The notes below the pieces were generated by a model, which saw only the letters and a list, made by a program, of their open reading frames with translations, was not told the origin of the DNA and did no database searches. Source: Nageia nagi (lineage: Eukaryota > Plantae > Pinophyta). Taken from it: a DNA stretch of 64,000 bases. The position numbers and the translations under genes are program-made. Every line of letters begins with the position of its first letter. Positions within the stretch are counted from its first letter, which is position 1. The stretch lies in assembly GCA_050084985.1 (NCBI GenBank), contig JBITNC010000002.1, positions 22,010,001 through 22,074,000 of the forward strand, written 5' to 3'. Positions 40,059-53,055 of this stretch are shown piece by piece.

Positions 40059-42084
40059 AACATGGGTGAATATAGATTGCACAACTTAACAATAACTTAA
40101 ATATAGATATAAATGATAATTTGGTTTATCATTACAAGCTCTTATAATCTAGAACCTTTATATAATATCTAATCATATGCTAATTCTAATTCTAATATTG
40201 ATCTTAATTGGCTTACTATAATCAATATTAGATTTATAGTTTGATTAGGTTGTACACCCATGATTGTGATAATTAAAACTCTTTGTGAACTCTTAATAAA
40301 AAAAAGGCTTAATAGATATGTAGATACCTATAATCAAACAGAGATATCACTTTTTAAGTTATTATTTAATCATTTTTGTTATAATTATAAAATATTTTAG
40401 TATAGTTGTTCAAACTTGAGTATGATCCCTTATCACTCCAATGACTATTATTTAATTATACTCATTATCTCATTGTGCAATTTTATTAGGTGAATTTATC
40501 ACTCCAATGACTATTATTTTTAAATTAAATGTTATCCCACATACTTCTGAAGATAATCCAAACTTATTTAAATAAGCTTGAAACTTCATTTTTTCTTATC
40601 TTATGATTGAGAATACTTATTACCTCTAGACTCTAAAAATCTGATCTATGTTATGATAATAAATGATAACATTCACATATAGATACTTAAATTTAGCTTC
40701 TTTAGTCTATCATCATCTTTAATTCACCTTAACCCATCATAGTTAACATGGTTAGTCTTTAACCTATCATAGTCATTCCCTAATTGCCACCTCACTATGT
40801 CATCACTCTCTAATAATAATAAGTTAAGAAAATCATAATCTTTTCCACCTCCACTCTAAGTGATTTGTAAATCTTTGTAAGCTATGTTATTCTAGAGATC
40901 ATCAAATAGAAATTTCTTTATATTTTTTCTCCTATATCAAGTTTATTAAACATATATAATTCCCATAATTAATGGATAAAATATTAATTAAACCATGCAT
41001 TCACATACATAAAATAAAGACATCTAAATTTTATTTTGGTTCACCTAATGTGGGCTACATCCAACCAAACCAAATCTGATATATGTTTCAGGTCAATAGG
41101 GAATTAAAAAAATAAGAAGAATGTAGAGATATTAAACCCTTTAACAACACAACTCCTTCCTCTATATGTAAAACTCCTCTCAACCTCATTACCAATCTCC
41201 CATGGCTTCCCAAAATTAGAATGATTCAAGAAAGATCCAAAAAACTTCAATAAAACTTCAACAACTATCTTAGAGATATCTAGGAAGAAGATATAGAGAA
41301 ATATGATACCTCATAGAGACAAGATAGTACTCCTAACTCCCCAAATGACTCAGAAATGCCTCTAACTACATTATCTTCTCTTGAAACTAATTTTCCCCTC
41401 AACGTTGACATTGGATATTATGGTTGGGTAACCAAAAAGTAAATCACTCTCGATTGGGTAATAGAATGTCATAAGATCTATTCATAGCCTCATTCAAGTT
41501 AGAACACCTCCATACACCATATCTTCCTTGAATGGATTTAAAACTAAAAACTATAATCTTTAAGTACTATTTCATCAACATATCATATACATATCTAAGC
41601 ATTGGCATTGTTGGCATCATTGGTGTTACTCTGCATTGCTCAAAACATAAACAAGTTCAAAAATAATACATCAAAAATTAAACATAAAGATCCTTGGAAA
41701 ATCAATATTCACTCCTAGAATATGATCTCCAAATCTGAGAGAACCAAAATGTTCTTCTATATTCATCAAAATGAGTTACATATTTATAGGCTTAAGAAAG
41801 CCATTACAAGACAAAATAATAAGTTGAGAATAATATTCTCATGACCAAAATAAACAACTCACACTATACGTATCACCCTTAAATCATTACATGACAAATT
41901 ACTTGTTATAACAATAAACCATAAGGAATATACCCTAAATATTTAATCCTAGACTTTAGGGAAAAAATTTAGGAAAAATACTCTTAGTCCTAATTAATTA
42001 ATCTACTAACTTAGGACTTAGGGATATGTAGGGTATAATTCCAACATTCTCCCCTTTGATGCTAAGTAACTCATGCAAGAGTTC

Positions 42085-43597
42085 TTAAGCATCACAAAGT
42101 TGGAAGAAACATAACCTTTTTCGTTTCCTCCAATCATACAATAGAAAATCAAAAATTTCAAGAAATAAGTGGTGGCACTCCTTCCACTCTCTAAGTGGGA
42201 TCTCCTCCATTGTTGATGTTGCTCCTCCAAGATTGAGTGCTTTTTGGTAATTTTCTCCCCTTTGAACAAAATTCTTTATGGCCTTCAACAACCATATTCT
42301 CTCTTCTTCATGGTCCTCAAACCATTCTTGTAGTGGCATTCCATCAATGCTATAAGTATTGGTTTTCAAGAACCAATCTCTCTCACAATGGTGTTTGAAC
42401 CATTCTTTCATCTCTCTCTCATTTTTTATATGGTGTTTTAAACCATGTTTGCAAGTAGTCATTTGCTCTTGCATTCATTACATCATAGCATACTCCACAT
42501 GAGTATGTTCTCATTATTTCACAATAATCATTATACCACACTACTCTCTCACAAACTTCTACACACACTTTCAAACAATAGAAAGCCACACATTGGCTTA
42601 TTACATATGCAACTTTGAGTTGCTCCTCACACAAATTATCACTCTTTTTCACACATTGTACAACCATGAAATGATTGTCATTCACACAAATTACATCACT
42701 TTCCTCCTTCCAAGGAGTATAACAAAAGAAATCATTTGAGTCCAAATGACCCAATTTTACCATCATTTTCTTCACCAAAGGAATACTCTCCTTCAAGGTT
42801 TCTTCCATGAAATCATCTTCATAGCATGTTTTCTCCAAAGTTATTTCAACTTGAGGATTCTTAAACCTATTTTCACAAAACAAATCATTAGTATAAAAAT
42901 ATCTTTCACCTCTAATGGTGATCTCCTTTGTGCTTTTTCCTTCTTCACAAAGTACTATCTCACTATTCTTTCTCTCCTCCTTGAGATATACTTTGTCATT
43001 CACTCTTGGTGAGTGATCTTCTTGCATGAACATGGAGTTTATAGCCTCCATTTCTTCTTCATCAATGACCTCTCTAAGATCATCATCCCATATTATTTTA
43101 GCCTTTTCATCAATATTCTCTACTCCATGTGAGTAGTTTTCAACCATGGAACACTCCTCCTTGAGTGTGTCATCATCTTGTGCTTTGTCAAAAAAGCAAT
43201 CTTGCCAATAATGTGTGGTTGGCTCCTCCTCATTCTCCATCATAAGAATGGGTTCACAATATGCCTCTTCCATGAAGCATTCATCATCATATGGCTGAAA
43301 TGGTGTCTTCAATGAACACTCTTCAAATGTCTCCTCCATGAGACATGCATCATCACAAGGCCAATCTAATTCCTCTCCAAGGAATTCTCCTTCATAGTTT
43401 TCATCATATGTGTCTTCAATAGACATATCACCAAGCATGTAAACAACTCTCACAGGTTCACTTTCATCTTCATCACATGGGTCATCTTGATGCCCTCCAA
43501 ACATGTAAGGTTCCTCTTCACCAATAAGAGCCTTAATTTATTCTAGGGTCAAATTAATACGCTCAATTTTTATGCCATAAGACATATCTTCATCCAT
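42085..43597 (-). pseudogene. Reconstructed ~500-aa Asp/Glu/Cys-rich ORF (one in-frame stop, one frameshift)
   Basis: ATG at 43597 (MDEDMSYGIKIERINLTLE*IKAL...) is in frame with the 361-aa ORF. Removing one base from the T run at 42436-42439 fuses it to the 129-aa ORF ending at 42085. Confidence 0.65.
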
Positions 43598-44621
43598 TTA
43601 TTTTAGCACACAAAAAATCATATCAAAAGAAATCAATCACTACTGGCAGTTGCACACTCGATTGGATGCATGTAGCCTTTTCACAGTGACTCTCAGCTTA
43701 GTCTGCACTGGTTAGGCCACCAAAGACATGACTTTTCATGAAAGTATTAACACTATTTCAATCAAATGCAATAGATGGCATAGTTAGTCCAACCTCACGC
43801 TGCCTTCTATGGATGTCTCTCCTCACTGGCGTAGATCTTCTCCCTTTCACTGCATGATTCAACTCATCATGCAAGCTTCTCTTCAACTTTGTGAGGGATT
43901 GCTTTCTCTGCAAAATCTAGGATGGACAGATGCCTCCCAACGACCTCACAAGAATGCAAGCTCATCAAAGATGTGGCTTTCCTCGATAGTATTGGCTCTA
44001 CTATAATAAACAAATGCAGTTGTACAACAGATCAATCCACCTTTCAAACTTCCTCAACGCTTCTTCACAAAGGGTGCTCACAACAAGAAGTAGCAACATT
44101 TCTCTAAACATGAGTCCATGGATTTTATACGTAACACTCCATCATTGGATGAATTTCAAGTGTGGGCTTTGTACAGCCTCCATGGTATTTATTTGGCCGA
44201 ATAGAATCGATCTTCATAACAAAATGAGCAATTCTCCTCACTGCTCCATAGACGTAGGTCTGATCGCTAACATTTATTTTGGATCACCAACAATTTAGAT
44301 TCAAATGTGAGCAATTTTCTTGGAACGTCAGTGACTCTACGATTCTCCAGATCCACATATTCCAACACTACTGTGGGTGTTTTTTTTTTTTACGCTTTCT
44401 CAGGTTGACTGTAACAACAATGATCTTGGAAAGAGCAGATCATGTGCAACCTCATTGCTCCTTCAGCTCGTGACTTCAGCTCCTTCATCCTGTGACTCTT
44501 CACGTAGCCTTGAGTATCACAGCATGCAAACGTCTCCTTCGTGTAAGTTTCATGCATGTCTCCTCATGCAAGCTTCACACACATTTCCTCCTTCAGTAAT
44601 GCACCTCCTCTAGTAACGTAC

Positions 44622-44718
44622 CTCCTCTAGCAGGTCATAAAACTAGATCAATTCGTGCGACTCCTCCACGTAGGTCATGAAACCAGATCAGTTCACGCGA
44701 CTCCTCCATGCAAGTCAT
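44622..44718. repeat. ~40-bp tandem repeat (2.5 copies) in the element leader
   Basis: CTCCTCCACGTAGGTCATGAAACCAGATCAGTTCACGCGA. Confidence 0.8.
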
Positions 44719-45399
44719 CGAATGTGTGAGTGGAATATGAAAGAAAATTTTAGGTTACCAAAGATATGGCTTTCCTTTATGCTCAACATAGCGCTCCTCT
44801 TTTCTGCTATGCGTGGGTTTAGTCTATTCCAGATTCTCTTTCAATCTTCAACATAGCAAACACTTCACCCAACTATCTTTGCTTCCATAGAAATAAGAGT
44901 TTTTCTAGAGGCTTTGGATCTCACACTTGCAAGAATTTGATAAATTCTTTACAATGCATCCACAAGCTTAATAACTCTGATGACAGTCCTTGAGAAGCTT
45001 GATAAGATCCTTCAAGACTTCACCCACTCTAACCCTATGATTGATTCAGCTCTGATACCAATTGAGAGAACCAAAATGTTCTTCTATATTCATCAAAATG
45101 AGTTACATATTTATAGGCTTAAGAAATCCATTACAAGACAAAATAATGAGTTGAGAATAATATTCTCATGACCAAAATAAACAACTCACACTATACGTAT
45201 CACCCTTAGATCACTACATGACAAATTACTTGTTATAACAATAAACCATAAGGAATATACCCTAAATATTTAATCCTAGACTTTAGGGAAAAACTTTAGG
45301 GAAAATACTCTTAGTCCTAATTAATTAATCTACTAACTTAGGACTTAGGGATATGTAGGGTATAATTCCAACAAAATCATCAAGTCTCTTCTACTTTCT

Positions 45400-45770
45400 A
45401 TTCAAGTCTTCACCATTTTTTTAATCTTCATCACTTCTTTTTTAGTTTATATAACTTATTCTTAAGTATTAATCACTTCTTAACTCTAAATTACTTCTTT
45501 AGTATTCATCAATTCTTCTTTAGTTTGTATTATTTATTCTTAAGTCTTCATCACTTCTTTTTAATTATTCATCTCTTCTTCTCTAATATGCATTATTCCT
45601 TCTCAACTATGCATTACTTCTTCAAAATACATCACTTCTTTTCTAGTTTATGTTATTCCTTTTTAATCTTAATCACCTCTTCTCTAGTTCATATTATTCC
45701 TTGTCTAGTATTCATCGCTTCTTCTCTAGTATTTATGATTCCTCTTTTCATATTCCCTTCATCCCTAGTC
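45400..45770. repeat. Degenerate 21-bp tandem repeat
   Basis: Recurring AGTCTTCATCACTTCTTCTCT-like unit. Confidence 0.7.
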
Positions 45771-46809
45771 ATATTATTCATTTTTTATCATTTTTATACC
45801 TCTATCAATCATCTTCCTACTTTTCTATTGTATAAAGATATCTAACTAGATATATGATTTCATCTGATTAGTGCCCATAAATGTACAAAATGATGCTTAC
45901 ATCTTCACTCTCCCAAGTTGGATAAAAAAGGAATTTATTCATGCATATTTATATTATTTTATTTTCAAGCACATTATTATACTATTGAAGATTATATTAT
46001 AATTATGTTAGTCCTTGTGGGTTGATTTTAGAAACTATTTTCTAAATTCAATGGTATATTGGGAAATCATACCTTACCTTATGATTTCCATATGGGTTCC
46101 ATGATATTGCTCTTTAAGAGGTGATTTTCATCTAGTTGTACACAACCATATTTTTCATATTTAGAATCAATATTTTCACAATAAAAAATGGTAATAAATA
46201 GATATAACATCACTTTTAAAAATCATTCATTGTTAATTATTATTTTTTATGATTATTATTGTTCAACTATTAATACTTAATTTTGATACCTAATATCATA
46301 AATTAATTTTGATATTACTTAATTTATTACATTCAAGTAAAAATAAATGATAACCTTTTATTTTTTTCTTGTCTATTTGGAGAAGATCCTAACAAAAAGG
46401 TACTAAAAGATTTTTTACGTAGATATTGTTCTTAAGTAAAATGAAAGATATATAAGTATTTGGCCAATATACATTAACTATATGTTTTAAATGCTTATGG
46501 TAATTTGTTTTACCTCCATTTACTTAGATAAAATGGTAAAAAGGATAAACTTTTATCTTTAGCCTTCATATTGAAATTTTTTTTTAAGATGAGGTAATGT
46601 TTTGACCTAACATTAACTTTCTAAGCCTTAATCAAAATTGTATTTGCAATTTCCCTTGATGCTAAAAAACATAGAAAATTTTACATAATTACTTTGGTGA
46701 TTATTTTGGCTTTTTTTTTCTTCTTATAAAGGAAAAACAAGTATGCTATCTTTAGGGATAGAACTTTAAGTAAAAAGGGGACAGTTGTATGAATTTTTTT
46801 ACTTAAAGT

Positions 46810-47060
46810 TTATCTAGATAATGCATGCTTAGTACTTAAATTTTAAGTTATAAGTTAATGATGCATTCTTTACTTAAATTTGTTAAGTTAAAAGATGCAT
46901 TTTTACTTATTTTTTTTAAGTTAATGCTTAGGAATTAAATTTTTAAGTAAATAATGCATGTTTAGGTCTTGAATTTTAAGTTAATGATGCATGTTTTTTG
47001 ACTTAATTTTAAGCTATGGAATGATGCATGCTTATTACTTAATTTCTTAAGTTATGATTC
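46810..47060. repeat. Degenerate ~35-40-bp AT-rich tandem repeat
   Basis: Recurring TTAAGTTAATGATGCAT...TACTTAAATTT. Confidence 0.65.
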
Positions 47061-47914
47061 TTCCTTATGCAAGAATGGAATGAACTTGTACAAATATGAA
47101 ATGCAGTAAAGATGTCCTTTAGGGGTTGGTAAACAAAACCCATTGGACATTTAGGTTTCAAATCTTGAATGTATGATGTTTTTACATATGCTCTTTTACT
47201 TCATGTTTTGAATTTTGATTTATTTACTTATGCAATAAAAAATGCAAACATTGATATGAGCAACCCCCTAAAATGAACACATTTATGTGTACATTTTGCA
47301 ACATGAATTATTTGGGGAGCCATGAGGCGAGGATAGGCAAACTAGAGCCTTCAAGTTTGATGATCCAAATGGTGAAAAATTCATACTTCTCAATTGACCC
47401 TAAGTCCTTTGTTGGTCTAAACATAACTCAAATAGGTGGATAGGCATGTGTGTAGTGATATCACATGTTCGCATGTCCATTCAGGGATTATCTTGATAAC
47501 CTAGGAGGATAACTTGAAACCTAATCAAGATTAATAATTTGGCTGATCCAATAAACATCATAACCTTGGAAAATAGTAGGTACTTCTCCTTGTAAAAGTA
47601 TAATACTGACCAAGATGAATTGGTTAAGGATTGATAGTACTTGGGATCCTCTTATGTGGGCATCTAAGTGAAGGCCTAATTTTAAACAAGAAAACAAGCC
47701 TCAACAATGTCACTCTACATCTATGGTTCTTAAGATGAGAAATATATTTAGGTGCATGGATTATTTGACTTGTAAAACATTTGCACTTGTGAATCAAATC
47801 ATGCATCTATCTAGTGTTAAATTTAACATGTATTATTTACTTGGTTAAAACTTAACATATAATGTTGTTTATTGAATCACATACTTATTATTTTTTCACA
47901 TCATTATGTAGCAA

Positions 47915-50900
47915 ATGGAAGACTCCTTTTTACCCAAACACATTCTTGATGGTTCCAACTTTGGTATTTGATAACCTTGGATGAGAGTTGAATTATAGGT
48001 AAGGAAGCTTTAGCAAATAGTGAATGAGATCCTTGTACCTCCTACAGATGAGAAGGCACTAGAGCTTTACAACATAAAGAATGAGTTGGCAACTTCTATG
48101 ATTTAATGTGCAATTTTAGATGATGTGCTCCTAATGATTTCCTCTTTAACCTCAATAAAGGAAGTTTGGGATAAGCTTAAGCAAATCCACCTTGATTCAA
48201 ATTTTTTAATAAGGTTTACCATTCTCCAAAAGTTGCTTCAATATCACAAAGGGGAAGATGAAAATATTTCCATCTACTTGAATAAAATCATTGATCTAAG
48301 AACCCAACTTGTTACTTGTGGGTGTAATTAGATCAATGATGAGTTCATGGTATTCATAATTCTTCAAAACCTTTCTTCAAAGTTTGAAAACTTTGTAACA
48401 GTTATGAAAATAAGGCTTGATGATGAAGAAGAAGTATTCTCCCTTAAGAACCTTTTAGGCACCTTTTGAAGTATGAGAAAACCCTTACTAATAAGGTGTT
48501 GATTTCTTCTTTTAAGGATAATAATGTTGCTCTTAGAGAAACCATGACTCATTTCAATAAGAAGTTCAAACATCAAAAGAAATCTTATCTTTCTTCCTCC
48601 AAAAGGTTTGAGAAAAGAGGAAATGGTAACAATAGTAGTAGGAACAATGGCAATAACAACCACTTCAAGCAACGAGATAGAAAAGGTAAAGCAAAAAATC
48701 TATATCCTAAAGAAAATTTTGATGGTAATTGTAACTATTGCAGCATCCAAGGTCGCAAAAAAGTTGATTACTATAAAAAGAAAAGAGAGAAAATGAACAA
48801 AGGTAATAGAAATGTAAAAAAATTCAAAGGAAGGAAGAATATTCATGCTGGTTTTGCTACAGTGCTCTACTCCATGTCTCATTCTTTTTCATTTGATTGG
48901 ATTATTGAATTTGATTGCACTAATCACTTGTGCTTTGAAAAGAAAAAGTTTGAGAATTTTCACAATTATAGAAAAGATGGAGTTGTGATAGGTGATAACT
49001 CTACCTTTGAAGTCCAAGAAATTGGGAGTGTGTTGATTCATAGAAAGTTTTTAACAATATGCTCTATATTCATAAGCTTAAGATGAACCTTCTCTCCCTA
49101 ATCTAAGTTGATAGAAAAGGGTACTCTTTTGAGTTTGACTCTCAATCTTAGTGCATTAAGAAACGACTTACCATGTTGGTTAAAGGATCAGTGAAAGATG
49201 ATCTCTACAATATGGATCAAGTTCTATCAAAGATTGTCTTGCTTCTAATATGTGTTCTAAAGGAAATCTTTGGCACCATCATTTAGGGCACCTTAACCAT
49301 AAGAGTATTAAATTCATGAAAGACCAAAAACTTGTGGAAAATTTGCCTTCAATTTCTTTTTCAGTTGGTCTATATGAGAAGTACATTCTTGGCAAGATGC
49401 ATAGATAAAAGTTTGAAAAAGATAAAGCAAAAAGAGCATCTCAACCTCTTCAACTTGTGCATTTAGATTTGATAGGTCCATTTTAAACTAAGTCACTTGA
49501 AGGAGCATCTTACATCTTAATCTTCATTGATGGCTTTAGTAGGATGACCTTTGGGTATCTACTTGAGCACAAGGATCAAAATTTTGAGAGTTTTAAGGTT
49601 TTTAAGGCCTTTGTTGAGAATCAAACTAACCTTAAAATCAAGATGTTGATATCAGATAATGGGGAAGAATATAATAACAATGAGTTTAATGACTATTGTG
49701 CTAATTATGGAATCAAGAGGTAGTTTACAATTCCTTGCACTCCTCAGCAAAATGGTGTTATCGAAAGAAAAAATAAAATAAGTATGGAAATGGCTAGATG
49801 CATGTTGGGTAATCTTCCTAGTTTCTTGTGGGGGGAAGCTATGAGTATTGCTATTTACATCTTAAATATGTTTCCCATAAAAGCCATTCAGAAAAAAAAC
49901 TCCTTTTGAAGCATGGTTAGGAAGAAAACCTAACATTTCTCACCTTAGGGTGTTTGGTTGTGAAGTATTCTCCTACATTATTTTTAAGAAAAGAAAAAAG
50001 TTGGACTAAAGAGTTGAAAAATGCATCTTTGTGGGTTATGATAGTCAGCATAGAGGGTATAGGCTTTACTCTCCATCCTATAAAGCTATGTTTATTTCAA
50101 AGGATGTAAAGTTCAATAAACTTCCTAAAGAATCTACTTCTAAAGAGGATGTTGATGATCTAGAGGATTCTTCAATTGCATCTAGCTGGTTAGATATTGA
50201 TGTAGATAAGTCACCTTAGGAATAAAATTCTCTAACATAAAGGGTAACAAGGAGCATGACCTTGAACAAATATTTATTTTCCAATATTGATAATAAGCAT
50301 GAGCTCTCAACCTTTAAATAAGCTTCTAAGCACAAGTGTTGGATGGAAGCCATGAAAGTGGAGTATGAGGTGTTTATAAAAAATGAAACTTGGGATTTGG
50401 TTTCTTATCCCAATGAGAAGAATGTGATTGTTAATAAGTGGATCTATAAGGTCAAGTTTAATTCTATTAGGTATATTAAGAAATAGAAGGCAAGGTTAGT
50501 AGCTAAAGGTTTTGCTCAAAAATACGATGTAAATTATGAAAAAATCTTTGCTCCCATGGAAAAGATGCATACTATCAGGATTATCCTTGCTCTTTTTGCA
50601 GCTCAAGGATGGAAAGTTTTTCAACTTGACATCAAGAGTGCATTTCTCAATGGTGACTTACATGTGGAAATCTTCATGAATCAACTAGAAGGGTTTATTG
50701 TGGAAGGCAAAGAGTCCTTTGTGTGCAAGCTAAAGAAGTCAATTTATGGACTTAAGCAAGCACCTCTAGCTTGGTACAAAAAGATTTCAAGGTACTTTGT
50801 AGATATTAGATTCTTCAAGTGATTTTTAGACTCTAATTTATATGTACTCAATTAGGGAAAAGACATGGTCTTATTCTCCTTTATGTGGATGATTTTTTGA

Positions 50901-53055
50901 TTATTGAGAATAATGATGAAATCATTCAAGAGTGCATATCCAAACTTAAGGCAACATTTGAAATGACTAATCTTGGTCTCTTGCACTAATATCTTAGAAT
51001 GTAAGTGTATCAATATAAAGATTGTACTTACCTTAATCAATCTAAGTATATATCAAACATCTTACAAAAGTTTAAAATGGAGTGTAGATATGCTTTGATC
51101 CTAGTCTCTCCTAAAATCACTGTTTCTCTAAGCTCTAAGTCTTAATTAGCTGATGCTATAGCTTATAGGTAATTAATTGGTATTCTTTTGTATTTAACTA
51201 TATCCAAGCTAGATATTACCTTTGTAGTGAGTTTGATGGCACAATTCATTTAGAAACCTTATGTTGAGCACCTTAATACCGTTAAGCAAATCTTGAGGTA
51301 TGTTATAGGGACTAAGGATCTTACTCTCAAGTATTCTAAGTTACCCTCATTTATTCTCTCTGGATTCTTAGATTTTGACTATGGGGGACATAGAGATGAT
51401 AGAAAATCAACCTCTGCATATGTGTTTAGCATTAGTTTAGGTGCTATCTCTTGGGCTTCCAAGAAGCAGCCTACTATTTCTCTTTCCACCAAAGAAGCTG
51501 AATATCATGCCATGTCTATTGTAGCCTAGGAAGCTATTTGGATAAGACATCTTCTAAAAGAAATTAGGTATAAATAAGGTGGCTCATCTTTGATTCCTTT
51601 AGATAATCAATCAGCTGTTTCTTTAGCTAAGAATCCTATGTTCCATCAGAGAACAAAACATGTGAAAATCCATGCCCATTTTATTAAGAAGAAGGTTCTT
51701 GATGGCATCATAGACCTGGAGTATTATCCATCCATCTTGAAATTTGCTAATTTGTTCACTAAGCCCCTCCTAAAAGCTTAATTTTGTAAGCTTAAAGATG
51801 CTATTGGGTTGGTGAATTTGCCCTCAAAGGGGAGTGAAGTTTGAATTCTTGTGTTGAATTCATGTTTGTGATGACAACTTCACCCTTACGAGGATTTTGT
51901 GTTGTATAGTGTTGATTTTGTTGTATACCTTTATGGTAAGTTCACTCTACATGAGGAACTTTTTGTATAAATTATTAAAGCAAAAGATTGGCCAATCTGG
52001 CACTGTTCAGTTATCCATATGTGAGAAACTCTTATGTGTCTTTTGGCACTATTTAGTTATCCATATGTGAGGAACTCATATGTGCATGCTCTATTTTGTA
52101 ATGATAATCAACACATATTTTATATATAATAGGTGACTAATTTTTTTGGCATGGCATTTTCGTGATGACTTATAGTGCACCATTGATTAGCTCATGATGG
52201 CATTTTTGTGATTCATCTATCCTTATTGAGATGAATATGTTGCATTTGACTGATCTTGTTATTTGAGCTGCTTATGACTTACAAGTTCCTTTGAGATTAC
52301 AGGTTACATACCTTAGTTATGCAAGATCTTAGAGATTCTTCATGACTTGCAATTGGATGACTACTTCATGTACATTGAAATTGATTATGGTTAATGCTTG
52401 TAATTAGCAAAGTAGTGAGTCTCAAACTAGATCTTTCTTACTTCACAATATGTAAAAAGTTCTCATCTCTATTGTATCTATTATGAGGAAAACTCTTTTA
52501 CTTTCTCTTCTTATTCTCTCTTACTCGCTCTATCCCAATATTGTATTAAGGGGGAATGTTGGAATGTATAATGCATTATTGTAAAGGTTTGTATTAAATC
52601 TTCTATGTAAGTTCACTAATACTTAAGGGTATCATTTGATACCTTAAGTATTTAAGTAAATATGATAATGTAATTTGTCCTACACTCCATGTCATGAGCA
52701 TGCCCCTTGGGTAAAAAGATGTGCATGTCATGCTTTTGTACAATGGATAAAAGGGTGATCCAAAGATAGGTTTTGGCCTATAAATAGAAGGCTCCCTCTT
52801 TGTGATCACAAACCAATTTGTGGAGTAAAGTTATGCTATAGGATAGTGTTTAGGAGAAAAGTGTAGGATTATTTTAAGAGTTCATATTTGTTAAGAAGAG
52901 AGATCTAATTAGTGGATGTACTTCTAGTTGGAAGAACCACTTACATTTTGTGTTTTCTTTGTGAGATTGCTTTATGAGTTTGTTAGATGTGTATTGTGAG
53001 CTTTCATGTGATCTTGAGAGTTTAGATTTATTCTTATTATAGTTCAATTCTCACA
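47915..53055 (+). mobile_element. Decayed Ty1/Copia retrotransposon with complete gag-pol remnant and 3' LTR; 5' LTR not found
   Basis: gag (ILDGSNF, KEVWDKLK, CNYC knuckle), protease (DWIIEFDCTNHL), integrase (SDNGEEY, TPQQNGVIER), RT (KARLVAKG, QLDIKSAFLNG, LKKSIYGLKQAP, YVDD), RNase H (DRKSTS, WASKKQ, HQRTKHV). PPT TAAGGGGGAA at 52547-52556; LTR 52557-53055 (TG...CA) with CTATAAATA. Confidence 0.93.

Larger units (their letters stand above)
41736..45373 (-). mobile_element. Young non-autonomous LTR retroelement carrying an unknown acidic ORF
   Basis: 311-bp LTRs 41736-42046 and 45063-45373 with 6 mismatches; TG...CA ends; perfect TSD AAATC (41731-41735 and 45374-45378); perfect PBS TGGTATCAGAGC (45049-45060); PPT AAAGGGGAGAA (42047-42057); no pol motifs seen. 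Confidence 0.96.

Noticed and set aside
41930-42025. TTTAGGG/CCCTAAA telomere-like words in the young LTR
   Set aside because: Isolated single copies in AT-rich DNA, not an array.
45525-45845. Phe/Ser/His-rich ORFs
   Set aside because: By-product of the 21-bp tandem repeat.
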